In this document: one piece after another, positions 16,077 to 17,291 of the stretch
Position numbering within the stretch: the first letter of the stretch is position 1
How the letters are laid out: each line of letters begins with the position of its first letter
IMG/VR virus record: IMGVR_UViG_2541047683_000005
DNA from: a virus
Lineage: Duplodnaviria > Heunggongvirae > Uroviricota > Caudoviricetes
Length of the DNA: 17,291 nt
Reading direction: 5' to 3' (one strand)
The notes under the pieces: generated by a model
What the model was told of the DNA's origin: nothing
What the model saw: only the letters and a program-made list of their open reading frames with translations
Database searches by the model: none
Translations under genes and position numbers: made by a program

Positions 16077-17291
16077 TCATCCACATTTTCCGAACTTGCC
16101 ATGCACCACGTTACCGCCATGTTCGAGCGAATCCATATAGTCGGCGTACCACTGGAGCATCTCGCGCCGCCCGTCCAGATATTGCGCATGATTGTACGTG
16201 CCACGAATTGAGTTCTTATCAACGTGTGCAAGCTGCGTTTCTATCCACGCGGTGTTATAGCCCTGCTCATGTAAAATCGTGCTCATCGTGTGCCGGAACC
16301 CATGACCAGTAACGCGCCCAGAATAGCCAATACGACGAATAAGCACGTTCATCGCCATTTCACTCATCGGCTTACTGTGCTGGATTCGACCAGGGAAAAT
16401 AAACTGATACTGCCCCGTCATGTGTTTTAACTGTTCCAGAATAGCGATCGCCTGTTCTGAAAGCGGCACACAATGAGGACGGCGCATCTTCATGCGTTCT
16501 TTCGGCACTTCCCACAGACGATTATCAAAATCAATCTCCTGCCACTCTGCCTGTCGTAATTCCCCTGGACGGAGTCCTGTCAGAATCAATAATCGCATAC
16601 CCAGCTTGACGATCTGGCTTCCGGTGTACGTATTAAAAACGCGGAAAAATTCCGGCAGTTCGTCGGCCTTCAAATAGGCGTAATGCTCTTTTTTGTGTGG
16701 AGCAAATGCGCTTGCCAGATCTGGTGCGGGGTTATATTCAGCGCGTCCGGTGATGATTGCGTACCGGAACACCTCGCCGCATCGCTGGCGAACCTTACGC
16801 AATTTTTCGGTCGCCCCACGGTCATTAAGACGGGAGAGAACCGCGAGCAACTCCATTGGCTTAATTTCTGCGATCGGCCTGCCGCCAATGTACGGAAAGA
16901 CGTCTTTTTCAAACGTCTCGATCATTTCCTCGGCGTATGACGATGACCACCTGTCGATCCGCTTTTCGTACCATTCGCGAGCGATACCCTCAAAAGTATT
17001 GCCAAATTTGCTAGCCTGTTCTCGCTTTTGGGCTTTTCTGACCTCACTTGGATTTATACCACCAGCAAGAAGCCTTTTAGCCTCATCCCTTGCCGCCCTG
17101 GCATCAGACAGAGACACATCAGGGTACACACCCAACGACAACATTTTGGGCTTTCCTGCAAACCTGTAGCGCAGTCGCCACCCTTTCGAACCGTTCGGCT
17201 CAATGAGCAACGAAAGCCCGTTACCGTCATTGAGTGTATAAGCCTTTTCTTTCGGCTTCGCGCGCCTGATGGCAAGGTCTGAAAGCAGCAT
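16077..17291 (-). CDS. int: Tyrosine recombinase, P4-family phage integrase
   Basis: 404 aa with ATG exactly at the window edge. N-terminus (AIRRAKPKEKAYTLNDGNGLSLLIEPNGSKGWRLRYRF) is the integrase arm-binding domain typical of P4-like integrases. C-terminal catalytic signatures are present: LRPGE (Arg), HGFRHT (His-x-x-Arg) and RGTYNHAQY (Tyr nucleophile). Confidence 0.9.
   Translation of the reverse strand: MLLSDLAIRRAKPKEKAYTLNDGNGLSLLIEPNGSKGWRLRYRFAGKPKMLSLGVYPDVSLSDARAARDEAKRLLAGGINPSEVRKAQKREQASKFGNTFEGIAREWYEKRIDRWSSSYAEEMIETFEKDVFPYIGGRPIAEIKPMELLAVLSRLNDRGATEKLRKVRQRCGEVFRYAIITGRAEYNPAPDLASAFAPHKKEHYAYLKADELPEFFRVFNTYTGSQIVKLGMRLLILTGLRPGELRQAEWQEIDFDNRLWEVPKERMKMRRPHCVPLSEQAIAILEQLKHMTGQYQFIFPGRIQHSKPMSEMAMNVLIRRIGYSGRVTGHGFRHTMSTILHEQGYNTAWIETQLAHVDKNSIRGTYNHAQYLDGRREMLQWYADYMDSLEHGGNVVHGKFGKCG

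Noticed and set aside
15934-17282. ORFs antisense to or nested within the integrase gene (15934-16140, 15998-16312, 16492-16677, 16670-16912, 16683-16940, 16693-17169, 17028-17282, 17054-17275)
   Set aside because: The integrase ORF has the full tyrosine-recombinase catalytic signature. These are shadow frames.
1-17291. CRISPR arrays, tRNA/tmRNA or rRNA genes
   Set aside because: No regularly spaced identical repeats with unique spacers, no cloverleaf-like conserved tRNA features and no rRNA-like conserved blocks were seen by eye. The tRNA/att site expected for a P4-type integrase probably lies beyond 17291.

Overview
The window reads as one co-directional mobile-element segment: every convincing gene is on the minus strand (transcribed from high to low coordinates) except one small plus-strand gene. 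The right edge (17291) is the start codon of a P4-family tyrosine integrase; the left edge (1-3) is the stop codon of a 918-aa gene. From the integrase downstream there is an AT-rich orphan gene, an AlpA-family regulator, a Rha-like/AntA antirepressor pair, a Bro-N-containing ORF with a small ribbon-helix-helix gene antisense to it, three small unknown genes, a large replication protein with a P-loop, an iteron array with an AT-rich tract (candidate origin), SSB, a ProQ/FinO-domain RNA-binding protein and an intrinsic terminator. After the terminator comes a second unit: a 68-aa gene followed by three very large, translationally coupled proteins (843, 686 and 918 aa) with no function I can assign. 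They look like phage virion-internal/ejection proteins by composition, and the middle one carries an HExxH motif inside an AT-rich patch. I see no rRNA, tRNA or CRISPR array. All functional calls come from reading the translated ORFs and nucleotide patterns by eye; no database search or computation was run, and the identity of the three giant proteins is the main open question.
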